Of a DNA stretch of 64,000 bases, positions 52,640-64,000 are shown piece after piece (position 1 is the first letter of the stretch; the number at the start of each line of letters is the position of its first letter). The position numbers were made by a program, and so were the translations under genes. Below the pieces are notes generated by a model that was given only the letters and a program-made list of their open reading frames with translations, was not told the origin of the DNA and made no database searches. Origin of the DNA: Eledone cirrhosa (lineage: Eukaryota); the NCBI GenBank assembly GCA_964016885.1, contig OZ024741.1, forward strand, positions 191,890,001-191,954,000. Direction: 5' to 3'.

Positions 52640-55497
52640 TATTTCTTTATTTCCCACAAGAGCGCACAAGAAAAGGGGACAGTACAAAGACACATGCTGG
52701 GGATTTTACATACAGTCGTGTAAAAATATTGAAACAAACAATTATAACAATCGAAATCCCCAATAGGGGGGGAAGCGCCACAAATGGGTTGTTTAATACC
52801 CCGTTGATAGAACAACCCTCAACTTCAGGAGCGTGTTGTGCAAGTGCTCCCTTCTTTAACCTACAGGCTTATAAACAGAGAAGGCCCAATCACTCGGTCC
52901 ATTTTCGCTTCATTCACCCACCTTTCAGTAAATTTACTGGGGTGCAGTGCCTCTCTCTCCACTCTGATTCTCCTTCTAAAGTGATACTTAAAGAAGGGAA
53001 TCAATTGTTGTCCGGAGAAAAAGGCATCTGTCCTCAGTCCTCTCAATCTCGTCCACCATATAACCTCTTTCACCACTGTACAGAGGAAAACCGTTCTGTT
53101 TCGTTTTTTAAAGAAGCTGGCAGTTTGATCCTTACTATGGACTCGGCAGTCAACTGGATTTGTCCCATAAACAACAGCAGTTGTTCTGCATAGTTCCACA
53201 GGTCGCTTACGCCCGGGCAGTGTACAATTGCGTGCAAGACGGTTTCAATGTGCTGCTCGCATTTTGGACACGTCCTCTTGGAAGGATCCCTGCCGGGGCG
53301 TCTGTGCCTGTGGATCTTATCTCGAATGGGTAGAGCTCCTCGGTAGCACTGCCAGGCCAGGGACCTCTGGAAGTTGCCCATAGGTCCTGGGCGAAAAGTC
53401 CTACCGAACAGACTGGTGAGCTCATCGTCTTCGACACCTAGAGCCTAACCGAGCATGTCGTCGCACTTGTAAAGTACTAACCCTCTATAGAATGTCGAAG
53501 TGGGGTCTCCACTGATTGCTGTGCCCGCTTGACAGAGGACTGTGAGTGCCTGAGCACATTCAATGTGCCAGGCGCCCATCTTCTTCGGTCTTTGCTTCAC
53601 CCAAGACTGCAGCTCCATCAGCGAGACAAGTTGTGGGAAGGCCTGTCTCACAAACGGTGCCCACACCGGTTGGTCGGTGAGGAATACCTGGAGATGCCGT
53701 AGCCTCAGCGCATGTTTGCGCATCATTAGCCACGGCATGCCCAGCCCTCCGTTGGAAGGGTGTTGACAGCAGACGGATCTCCTCACCAGTGGAGCCTACT
53801 TCTTCCACAGGAACTGGAAGAGCATGCATTCCATCTTGGTGAGGCATTCACAGGGACAAGGCACGACAGTCAAGCGGTAGTAGATGACGGACGCTATGAA
53901 AGTGTTCGCCACCTCCGCTCGACCTTTCAAAGACAGTTTGCACTCTGCCCACTTCTGGGTGAGCGCAAATACCTTGGTCAAGACCTCGTTCCAGTTTTTC
54001 TCCACCTGGAGGTCTGGACCGAACCAGACCCCGAACAATTTCACCGGTCCTTCCATCCAGCGTCCTTCGACGCTGTCGGACGGTATCAGTTTGCCTCTCC
54101 ACATTCCGAGTTGCAAACCGACAGACTTGTCCGGGTTCAGTTTTGCTCCTGTGAACCTTTCGTATTCCTGTAGTAGGATACCAATTACCTTGATTTCCGA
54201 GGTTTTTGACACCATTACCGTCACGTCGTCGGCATCAGCCGACGCCACTTTTCCTGCAAAAGCTCCAACTTCTGCAGTAGTGGCTCTAGAGGGCATCCCT
54301 GTCGAATGGAACGCGTGATTGCGAACGGCTCCGATAGGTAGCCGTTCACCTTGACCCTCGAGCAGATGCTGGTGTACATCGCCTTGAAACCTCTGAAAAT
54401 GGGACCGAAACCGGCCGCCTTGAGAACCACTTCCAAGTATCGATGGTCGACCCTATCGAATGCCTTAGACTGATCTAAATTGATCAGAGCCCCACCGAAG
54501 CCGAGTTTACACCCCGCTCTCTCTATGATGTATCGCATGAGGTGGAGGTTGTCGTGTATGGATCTGGTCGGGATTGCACACGTTTGCGCTTTCCCTACCA
54601 GGTTTTCGACAAGCGCCAACCTCGTTGCTAGCACCTTGTCCAAAATCTTTAACTCTGTGTTGAGCAGAGTTATGGGCCCGAAATTATCTTCGAGGACGCC
54701 AGAGAACAAGTCCGGCATGCCTATGTAAAACTCATAGGGTAGACCATCTAGACTGGGTGATTTGTGTTTCCCGCAGTGGCCCAGAGTGTCCCGTATCTCA
54801 CTGGCTGTGATCGGTCTTTCGCAGAACTCGGCGTCCAAGCTCGAGAGACGTGGCAATCCGTTGAGGTATGAACCAAAGTCCATTGCCCCGTTCGGTACAC
54901 CGTCATTCTGCTCAAACAATCGCACAAAGTGCCGCTGAAAGGCCGCGCACATCTGCCCGGGGTCAAGTAGCACGCGTCTGTTTTGGTCTTTCAAAGACGG
55001 AATCGTGGACTTGTTGCCACTTTTCGCTTCCGCCACTCGGGCCCAGTTAACAGCTTTTGCTCCCTCGTTTCCTAGAACACGTGATTTACTTCTGACCACG
55101 CAGCCTTTGTGTTTCGTGTCAAAGAACTGGTCCAGTGCCGTTCTCGATGCTAGCACTCTAGCTGCATTGCCACTCCTAAGCGCCTCTTCTACCTTGGCTA
55201 CTAGTTCTGTTTCTGATTTGTTTTTCTCTAAAGCTAATTCTCTGCTAAACCCTATCGATTCTACTCCAATTGCTCTCTTGAGAGAGTACCACCATCTATT
55301 GTTGACGATGGCTCCCGTCAACTCTTGCTTAACTAATCTACTTATCCGTTCACCTGGGCTTTTCGTGTTGGCAATGACACGTTCAGCTTCCAGTATCCGG
55401 GTCCTTGTCTATGTATTCTATCACGGTTGACTATGCAGACGACTAGTTTGTGATCTGAATAGGCAACCATGTGCATTTGTGGACAGCTTAACATCTT
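52640..55497 (-). mobile_element. L1/Tx1-clade LINE ORF2, 5'-truncated
   Basis: SDHK, GYWKLN, DGLPYEFY, PITLLN, LDQSKAFDRVDH, IRQGCPL, ADDVT, GGLG, zf-RVT CPKC....ETVLHAIVHC; AATAAA at the 3' end. Confidence 0.93.
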
Positions 55498-55551
55498 TAG
55501 ATAGATAGATAGATAGATAGACGTGTACCAAACACACACACACACTTCTTA

Positions 55552-55582
<31 letters not shown>

Positions 55583-56282
55583 TGACGCTGTTGAAAAGAG
55601 CAGTGGCCTTTCACCCAGCAATAAAAAAACTGGAGACAAAATTCTTTCTGTACCAAAAACAAGGCACACACAGAAGTTTGTGTGTGTGCACGCTCACGCA
55701 TGTGTGTGTGTATATATATCTATATATATATATAAGGGATACAGATATTGTTTGCTCACTGTCACTAAGCATCTCAATTCATTCATTGCAACTAAGTTTG
55801 TGATCGAGGCACTTTATTTTGCAAGGTACTATTTTTCTCTTGAGTTTGTGATTCAAGAGAAAGGTAAGAAATTCTTCATATTTTGCATCTTTTGTATTTT
55901 GACTTTACAGTTTGAATTGTAGAATTGTCTATCCACTCAAAATATTACAACAGCTAACAGTGAAATATAGAATTTAAAAAAAAAAAGCTTTTTCGACGGA
56001 GATCAAATCTTTGAGAAAATTCATGTCTATTTTTCAAAAATATATAATTTGAAATAGCTTGCTTTTGTTTTTGACTGAAACTTTTTTGTATTTAATTCGT
56101 ACGAGTATTTTTTAAAGATTTTTTTAAAGCTTCTAACATAACTTGATTTGGCCCAGTAATCTACTGATATCAAAATCAATAGTTTATTGAAAAATGGAAA
56201 AATAGTGTAAGGAGGCGTTTTGTGATTTCGAGGGGCAAAAAGGAGCGTTTGGCCGAAATGGGTTGAGAACCTTTGATCTAGA

Positions 56283-56550
56283 GACCCCTCTGGTAATTTG
56301 ATACTGTAACCTACTTGCAGTCACAGGGATGCCAGCAACAATATAGTCTCCCACTCCATATATAACTACTAGAATAACAATACTATTTATATGTGCACTG
56401 GTCAGCGATGTAAACAACACAAGAAACCAGTAACATAATAGATATGAAAATATATCTTACACTATCTGATGAAAACATGCTTTGAAATACATATAATAGA
56501 ATTATGTAATAAAATGAAAATGTGAAAATGTACGAATAAAACTGTCTCTC
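56283..56550 (+). mobile_element. Solo PLE pseudo-LTR with a hammerhead motif at 56462-56499
   Basis: Reverse-complement similarity to about 42455-42730; CTAT-CTGATGA-AAACATGCTTT-GAAA TACATA TA-ATAG. Confidence 0.65.
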
Positions 56551-56714
56551 TTATTTATTTATATATACTAGCAGAAAAATCACCATTCGAGTGGCTTTCT
56601 GCTAACATGTGTAGTGCGCATATTTTTTAACGTTCCTTTAACAAACTTAGTGTCCTGATCTCTTATTCCAAATTTTTTAAAATGTCTTTTAATAAACTTA
56701 GTGTCCTGATGTCT

Positions 56715-57037
56715 TCATCATCATTTTACGTCCACTTTTCCCTGCTTGAAAGGGTGGGACGGGAACTGATTCTGGCTTGATTTCTACAGCTGGATGCCCT
56801 TCCTAACACCAACCTCATTTACAGTGAGTGCTGGGTGCTTTTTTGCTGTGGCGCCTACATGTCCACTTTACAGTGGAATGATAGGGACCCCAGTCCCTAT
56901 CATCTCATTTCTACAGCTGAGTAAACTGGAGCAATGTGAAATAAAGTGTCTTGCTCAAGGACACAACACATCACACGGTCTGAGAATTGAACTCACAACC
57001 TTTCGATTGCAAGGCCAATGCTCTAACCACTGAGCCA
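56715..57037 (-). mobile_element. SINE family S2
   Basis: Reverse complement of 15590-15920. Confidence 0.85.
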
Positions 57038-57229
57038 TAAACATTTTCCCCCACTTACCACCATAGCACAGTCCAATGAAAAAGGAGAACACCATCTTGG
57101 AAACCTAACCACATCACCTACACACCCCCACATGACAAATATCACTGACTGAAAAATAATATTCATAATAAACAAGGTCACAATGGAAATGCCCAGCCTT
57201 CACGGCATCCAACACCTGAATTGAGGATC

Positions 57230-58310
57230 CACCCTTGTCCCTCCTCATAGTGGTGCCACCTAGTCACAGGCTCACACAATATGTCTTCGTATTGAGAAGG
57301 TTTCGCTGCGTGAAGAGTGCCAGCTCCAAAACTGGGGTACCACTAGCCCCTGGCTCACACAATGTGATTTCATATTGAGAAAGGTTCGTTGCATGGAGCT
57401 TGCCTGGCTCCGAAACTGGGGTGCCACTGTGAGAGAGGTTCGGCGCAGCCAACTAGCCTGTCCCTCCTCATAGTGGTGTCATCCAGTGCCTGGCTCCGAA
57501 ACTGGAATACCTCTGTGAGAAGGGTTTAGCTCAGTCAACTGGCCTGTTCCTCCTCATAGTGTTGTTGTCCAGTGGTGGCTTTCAAAAATTGTGGTTCCTG
57601 TCCCTCTTCATAGTGGAGTCAATTGGTTATCCGGTTTCGTATTGAGAAGTGTCCGTCGCATGGAGCGCCCGGCTCCGAAACAGGGGTGCCACTGTAAGAG
57701 GGGTTCGGAGAAGCCAACTGGCCTGTCCTTTCTCATAGTGGTGTCACCCAATGCCAAGCTCCGAAATCATGGTTCTGCTGTGAGATGGGTTCGATGCGGC
57801 CAACTGGCCTGTCCCTACTCATAGCGGTGTCATCCAGTCCCAGACTCCCAGAGTATGGTTTCCTATTGAGAAGTGTCTGTTGCATAGAGAATGCCCAGCT
57901 TTGAAACTGTGGTGCTGCTGTGATGGGTTTGGTGCAGCCAACTGGCCGGTCCCTCCTCATAGTGGTATCACTGGTCCTTTCGCATGGTGGTGACATCCAA
58001 CAGCAGGCTCCCAAATTGTGGTACCACACCTGTCCCTCATAGTGGGGTCCTCCAATACCGGGCTACTGCGGTAATGTTGTGTGATAGGTTTCACGCAGCC
58101 AACTGGCCACTTCTCATAGCACTGCCACCCAGTATCAGGCGCCAAAACTGTGAGATGGGTTAGGCTTTTCGTATCAGTGCCATCCAGTACCAGGCTACAA
58201 AACTATGGTTCCACTGTGTGATGGATCGGGCTACGAAAATATGGTTCCATTGCGAGACGGGTTCGGCGCAGCCAACTGATCTGTCCTGCCTCATAAAGGA
58301 GCCATCCAGT
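57230..58310. repeat. Diverged GC-rich tandem repeat with ~80-120-bp composite units
   Basis: Recurring GCAGCCAACTGGCCTGTCCCTCCTCATAGTGGTG and GGCTCCGAAACTGGGGTGCCACTGTGAG modules. Confidence 0.85.
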
Positions 58311-58709
58311 TCTACACTGTAAATGTGGTTGGTGTTAGGAAGGGCATCCAGCTGTAAAATACCCAGCCTAGTTTACAGTCCTGGTCGGAGCAAGGTGCAA
58401 CACATGGTCAGTATTGGTGAAATATTCTGGTTGCATTGAAACATTTGTAGATGTATAGATAAACAACAACAACATTAATTCTTGGCCTTATTTTTTAATT
58501 ATAAATGCTCTGCTAGTTTAACTATTCACTCCTGAAGCACAAAGGATAAAAGAGGGCATTGATCTTAACTTATCTTACCAATTAAAATAGTGAACTAGCA
58601 CACTATAACCTCATAATATATATATATATATATATATCATCATTTTCATCATGATGATACATATATATATATTATATGAGGTTATATATATGTATGTATA
58701 TTTATCTAT

Positions 58710-59050
58710 CTAGGGCAGGTAAAATTCCCGAGATCCATGGATGAGTTCTCTCCAGCGGTTACTGTCCTTCATCACAACCACCATGTCCTGCATCTCCCAA
58801 AGATCAGTGTCTGTCCTTAAGGCATCAATATATGTCAACCTCAGTCTCCCTCTTCTAGTGTGTCCGTGTAGGGGCTTCCATAGGAGCATTGAGTGCAGTG
58901 TCAACTCTGAATGCCGGTAAACATGTCGAGCTAACCTCAGTCTCCTGTGTTACTTTCGAGCTGACTTTTGGAAGGTTCACGTACAACTCTGAGTTCATCA
59001 TCTTCAGTATATACTGATTAATGTTCAAAGCCATCCTCAGCATTCTCAGA
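58710..59050 (-). mobile_element. RTE-like LINE 3' fragment of a different family
   Basis: RMLRMALNI, LLWKPLHGHTRRGRLRLTYID and M.D...WRELI peptides. Confidence 0.7.
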
Positions 59051-59424
59051 GCCTGGAAAATGGATGTTATAACAATGATGATGATCATAATCATCATGTT
59101 ATGTCCATTTTTCCATGCAGACTACCATTTATGATGACAACCCTTTCCATTGCTTCTAAAGGTATATGACCCTATTCTGAAAACTGTTGTTTGATGTGGT
59201 TTAGACCTTTGTTTAAAAAACAAAAACAAAAAAATTACTCTTTCGTGGACAAAAAGTTAAAATTTTAACTTTTTCAGACAAATAATACACAGACATAATC
59301 CATTATTTATGACAAAAGATACACGATGCATAGTTCTGATATTCTTAAATAATTGATCTTTTCTATTCGGCATGCTTTGCTAATTATGAATATAAAAATT
59401 TAAAAAAAAAACAATATATTTTAA

Positions 59425-59728
59425 TAATTGTTTCTACTTTTGGCACAAGGCCAGCAAATTACCCAGTTACTGGTACTTTATTCTATCGACCTCGTAAGGA
59501 TGAAAGGCAAAGTTAACCTCAGCGGGATTTGAACTCTGAACATAAAGGGCCGTAACTCTATGCTGCAAAGCATGGTGTCCAATCCTCTACTGATACTGCC
59601 AATCCACTGCCCTTATATATATATTTTAATAATTGTTTCTACGTTAGGCACAAGGCCAGCAATTACCCAGTGCATTACTGGTACTTTATTTTATCGACCC
59701 TGTAAGGATGAAAGGCAAAATTAACCTT
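59425..59728 (-). mobile_element. SINE S1: one full copy and one partial copy
   Basis: Reverse-complement match to 17253-17443. Confidence 0.85.
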
Positions 59729-62009
59729 TAATAATGACAACGAATGCTTGACAGTGTAGCCTGCACTTAACTGTTAGAAAAAGATTTCATTTTCTCACTA
59801 TAACTTGCATTTTATTTGCAAAGTTAAACACTTTCACTATAGAAATATTAAAATAGCAACAAACACACATCAGGTGAACATGCACCCCACGCTTTGTTCT
59901 CATTAGGAAATGAGATACGTAGCTGGCTGTAAATGCTAAGACTTTCCATGGTGAAGCATGTACCACCCAAAATAGACTGGTGATTAGTTACTTTAAAGTA
60001 AGGGCTGGATGCATACAGAAACTAAAGAGTGTTTGTTAAAGGAGGATATGATAGTTTTAAGAACCATCGAAAAGTTTAAAGATGTATTTGTAATTTCAAG
60101 TGAGTGTATATCACTTTAAAGTGAGAATAGCAATTTCATAGTAAACTCATCTCACTTAAACAAAACCTAAACTTACATGATCTAATTATTGAAGAATACA
60201 TATCTTCTCATACGGAAATGTAGGATGGAAGACTTCATTGGAGACTTCATTCAACTGCTCTTTCTTAACCACAGCCATAATAGCTCATATTTACTATGGA
60301 ATTATTGCATTGATGAAATCTGATGGAGTACTTCTAAAATTGTTGCACGAATGGATTTTTCTTCTTTGGCACAGTGGTTGAGCCTGTGACAGTGGAGACT
60401 TCGGGTGTTTTGGGTCCCTGGACCACATCCCTACTCACTGCTATCAAGGTGGGGGTTAGCTACCCACAGTTGTGAGTTCAGCAAGATGGTATGGCTGTTC
60501 CAGCGCTTCTGCCTTACCACCCTCTAAGCCAATGTCTTCTCCATCATATCCACCGGGACCATGAGATGGACTAACCTTTAAACATGAGTAGTAAATACAG
60601 ATCTCGTACACACAGTTATAAAATTTGAAAGACTGTTAAATTGCTTATTTTTTGAAGTGTTTGGGTTTTTGTTTTTTTTTTGCAATGCTTAGTCAAACAG
60701 TATCAAATGATCATTGAACAAAACATACACAAGTGTCTAATGTTGCTCGCTGTCAAGTGGATCATTGCCAATGCTGTACTTACACCTGAAAAAACGAACC
60801 TATTACAACCACATAATGTTTTTTTTTCTTCCTTTACTTGGCTGATAAAAATTTAGAAGCTATCCAGGCAATTTCACATAGTTGATTATGATTAATGTTA
60901 TGATGTCTTGATGTTATATCCTCATCAAACATCCATTTTTCCATGCTGGCATGTGTTGGATAGACTGTTATGGACCAAACAAGTACTTAATTCGAGTTAT
61001 TATCCTCTCAATGTCAGACCAGGGGTCCACATCTTGCCTACTTATCTTGATTTTGGTATGGTTTCCACGACTAGATACCAACCACTTTACAGAGTGCACT
61101 TTTAACATGGTTTCTCACAAAGAGGAAGAAACAGAGTCATATAAAATAAAGGACAACTGGAAACTCTTGAGACACGACCCACTAAGGGCAAGGTAGGGAC
61201 TATAAAAGTTAAGTGACAGGCTTCAAAAACTTAGAAAGCAAGGGGAAGAAAGGAGTTAGGTTTACTTAGTGATGGGGGAATGGAAAGTAAGGTTTGCCAA
61301 ATATTTTGGTGGCATGATATGTTCCAAATTGCAAGGCAGTGAATGAGAACCCAAAACATTGTGGAGGAGAAACATATTTGGAATGATAGCAGCACACTTA
61401 CTCTTTCATGGATCCTGAGCTCCTGCCCATCACCAGCAAACATCACTCTCTCTCCCATGGAACTTTTAACTGTCATTCACCACTCTTCTCTGTGCTTTCT
61501 ATCCCTAGCTCTTTCCTCAACCTCCTCCAACTAACATGCAATTACGACTTCCCTTCTCTCTCGCCTATTGTCCTTTCAAATTCATACTCTCTCTTCACTC
61601 AACATATTGGAAATCACTCCCTACAAACCACTCTCAGGTACATTTGATTTGAAAGAACATAAGGTGGAGAGAACTTTTTTGCCTTGCAGAGGGTAAACAA
61701 ACTTCTCTAGTGGTGGTGCCACAATAAAATATACCCAATATACTCTGTAAAGTAGCTGGCAATCAAACAAACGAAATGTAGTGTAAAAAGAGCTTGACAG
61801 TCTTGCTGAGAAGATGACAGCCTCGCTAGTGGCATGATAAAATGCACCTAATATAGTCAGTCAAGTGATTAATGTTAGGAAAAGTATCCAGTCACAGAAA
61901 CAATGTCAAAAACATGGTCCACTGACAAATCTAGAAAGCTGAATAACTTATGCCACCATAAAATGTTGATGATATACATATATAGCTTATACTTGTCTGT
62001 CTGTCTGCC

Positions 62010-62049
<40 letters not shown>

Positions 62050-62051
<2 letters not shown>

Positions 62052-62383
62052 ATCATCATCATTTTACGTCCACTTTTCCCTGCTTGCAAGGGTGGGACGG
62101 GAACTGATTCTGGCTCGATTTCTACAGCTGGATGCCCTTCCTAACACCAACCTCATTTACAGTGAGTGCTGGGTGCTTTTATGCCATGGCACCTCCACGA
62201 CCACTTTGCAGTGGAATGATAAGGACCCCAATCCCTATCATCTCATTTCTACAGCTGAGTAAACTGGAGCAACGTGAAATAAAGTGTCTTGCTCAAGGAA
62301 ACAACACATCACCCGGTCTGAGAATTGAACTCACAACCTTTCGATTGCAAGGCCAATGCTCTAACCACTAAGCCATGTGCCCC
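62050..62383 (-). mobile_element. SINE family S2
   Basis: Reverse complement of 15590-15920. Confidence 0.85.
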
Positions 62384-62429
62384 CATATATATATATAATT
62401 ATCCCCCATATATATATATAATTATCCCC

Positions 62430-63415
62430 ACCGTTTAATGTCCATTTTTCCATGCTAGCATGGGTTAGATGAGTTATCCTGTTGTGAAAAATGCGAAGTC
62501 AGGTGACCATGTCTTGCTCATACGGAACTGATTTTGGCTTGGTTTCCACAACTGGATACCCTTCATAATGCAAACCACATTTACAGTGAGTACTGGTTGC
62601 TTGTTGTCATGACATCTACATGACCACTTTACAGAGTGGGCTGGGTCTTGTGTCATCATCTTTGGGAGGTGCAATTGAGCAAGGTCAGCTTTTATCACCT
62701 CATCCTAAGTCTCCCCGTTCCAAGGCTTCCATCGACTGAGTGCTCTGCAACTTTTTATACAGCTGTCATCCTTCATGCGCATCACACATCCATACCAACA
62801 CAATCTCCTCCCCTGCACACTGAGCAAGGGGATCAGGGCTCTGTTTTCTCTTCTACTTACTAGGGCCTTAGTTTTGTCAGGTTGACTTTTCTGCAGTTCG
62901 AAAATAAACAGGAGAAGACTAAGAACAGAGCCCTGGTGGACGCCAACCTGCACCCTAAATTCCTCGCTATAGTCATTGGTAATCCTAACTTTGCTGACTT
63001 GTACAGCCTTCACAAGCCATTCATCTACTCCTAGTTTTCTAAGAGCCCAAAAGATTATGGCACGGTGCCCTCTGTCAAAAGTTGTCTCCAGATCAATAAG
63101 GGCCGGGTAGAGCAGCTTACTTTTAGCTAGGTACTTTTCCTGTAACTGCTTCACCAGCAAGAGAGCATCTGTGGTGCTTTTACCTGGTACAAATCCGAAC
63201 TGCATTTCATTTAGATTTACCCAGTCCCTAATTAGCTGTGCTATAACTCTGTTACTTTCATGACCTGGTCCAACAATTTGATGCCTCTATAATTTCCTCT
63301 ATCTAGTGCATCTCCTTTATCTTTGTAGCAGTTGACAATGAGGCTGCTGTACCAATCATTCAGTATAACACCATTTAATTTTACTTTGTTTACAATACAT
63401 GAGGTTAAGGTGTGA
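62430..63415 (-). mobile_element. Internally deleted RTE LINE
   Basis: GDALDRGNYRGIKLL, MQFGFVPGKSTTDAL, QGSVLS, RRLCWYG and an RTE 3'UTR. Confidence 0.9.
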
Positions 63416-64000
63416 CCGACTGACCAACTGTGTGTGTGTGTGTAAAGTGGTTGGTTTGAGAAAGGCATCGTTGTAGAAACCATAGCAGAACTGGAACATA
63501 TATAAGCAAGACACGGCCCCCTCCAGTCAGTCTTGGATGACAGTGGCTCTGATTAAGTACTGACTTGGTCTGTGATAACCCAGTCAACACGAACCAACAT
63601 GGAAAAAAATGAACATCAAATTATCATGATATATATATATTTCATCATCAAGAATCAAATGTATTGTGCAAGAAAGAAAATTGTGCTGATACAGACATGA
63701 AGTGCACATGGAGGCAGCCAATTGCATTAAGAAATGCATAGAAGTAGAAGGAACTTGTGAAAGAGAAAGACCAAGTGGTGAAGGCTGACACTAAGAAGCT
63801 GAACCTCCCAAAGAAAATGACTCATGACAGGCTGTGCTGAAGAAGGCCCATCTATTGGTGCTCATTAAGGTGATGGAAATGGGAGCTGGCTCTGTCGAAC
63901 ACTCCTGTTAAGTCTTAATCCAATTCTGTATATGCTCCCCACCCACCTATTACTCTTCCTCCTTTATATTCAATCCTCCATTATCATAATCACACCTTTT

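Noticed and set aside
60360-60590. GC-richer patch as a possible exon, SINE or ribozyme
   Set aside because: No PP1 similarity, no clear A/B boxes and no fold that I could support.

Overview
AT-rich animal genomic DNA. The SINE and RTE repeat families and the very long (TA)n tracts suggest an octopus-like cephalopod, which is an inference. The only host gene visible is a minus-strand protein phosphatase 1 catalytic subunit of the beta type (PPP1CB-like). Two coding exons are present (21848-21979 and 2965-3195), separated by an 18.65-kb intron. No first coding exon was found, so everything beyond 21980 is probably one intron of more than 42 kb. The introns hold nested transposons: RTE, Tx1, CRE, CR1/L2, Gypsy, Penelope-like elements (PLEs), piggyBac, Chapaev3, mariner, hAT, Helitron-type elements and SINEs. 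Most notable: (1) several families of PLE-derived fold-back insertions in (TA)n, from 240 bp to 4.1 kb, most carrying minimal hammerhead ribozyme motifs, some on the PP1 pre-mRNA strand; (2) candidate recursive (AG|GTAAG) splice sites in the long intron, one supplied by an antisense RTE; (3) a retrotransposed pre-tRNA-Asn/SINE chimera; (4) a bipartite non-autonomous RTE derivative in a tandem array. All structures were read by eye, and repeat boundaries are approximate unless a junction is quoted.
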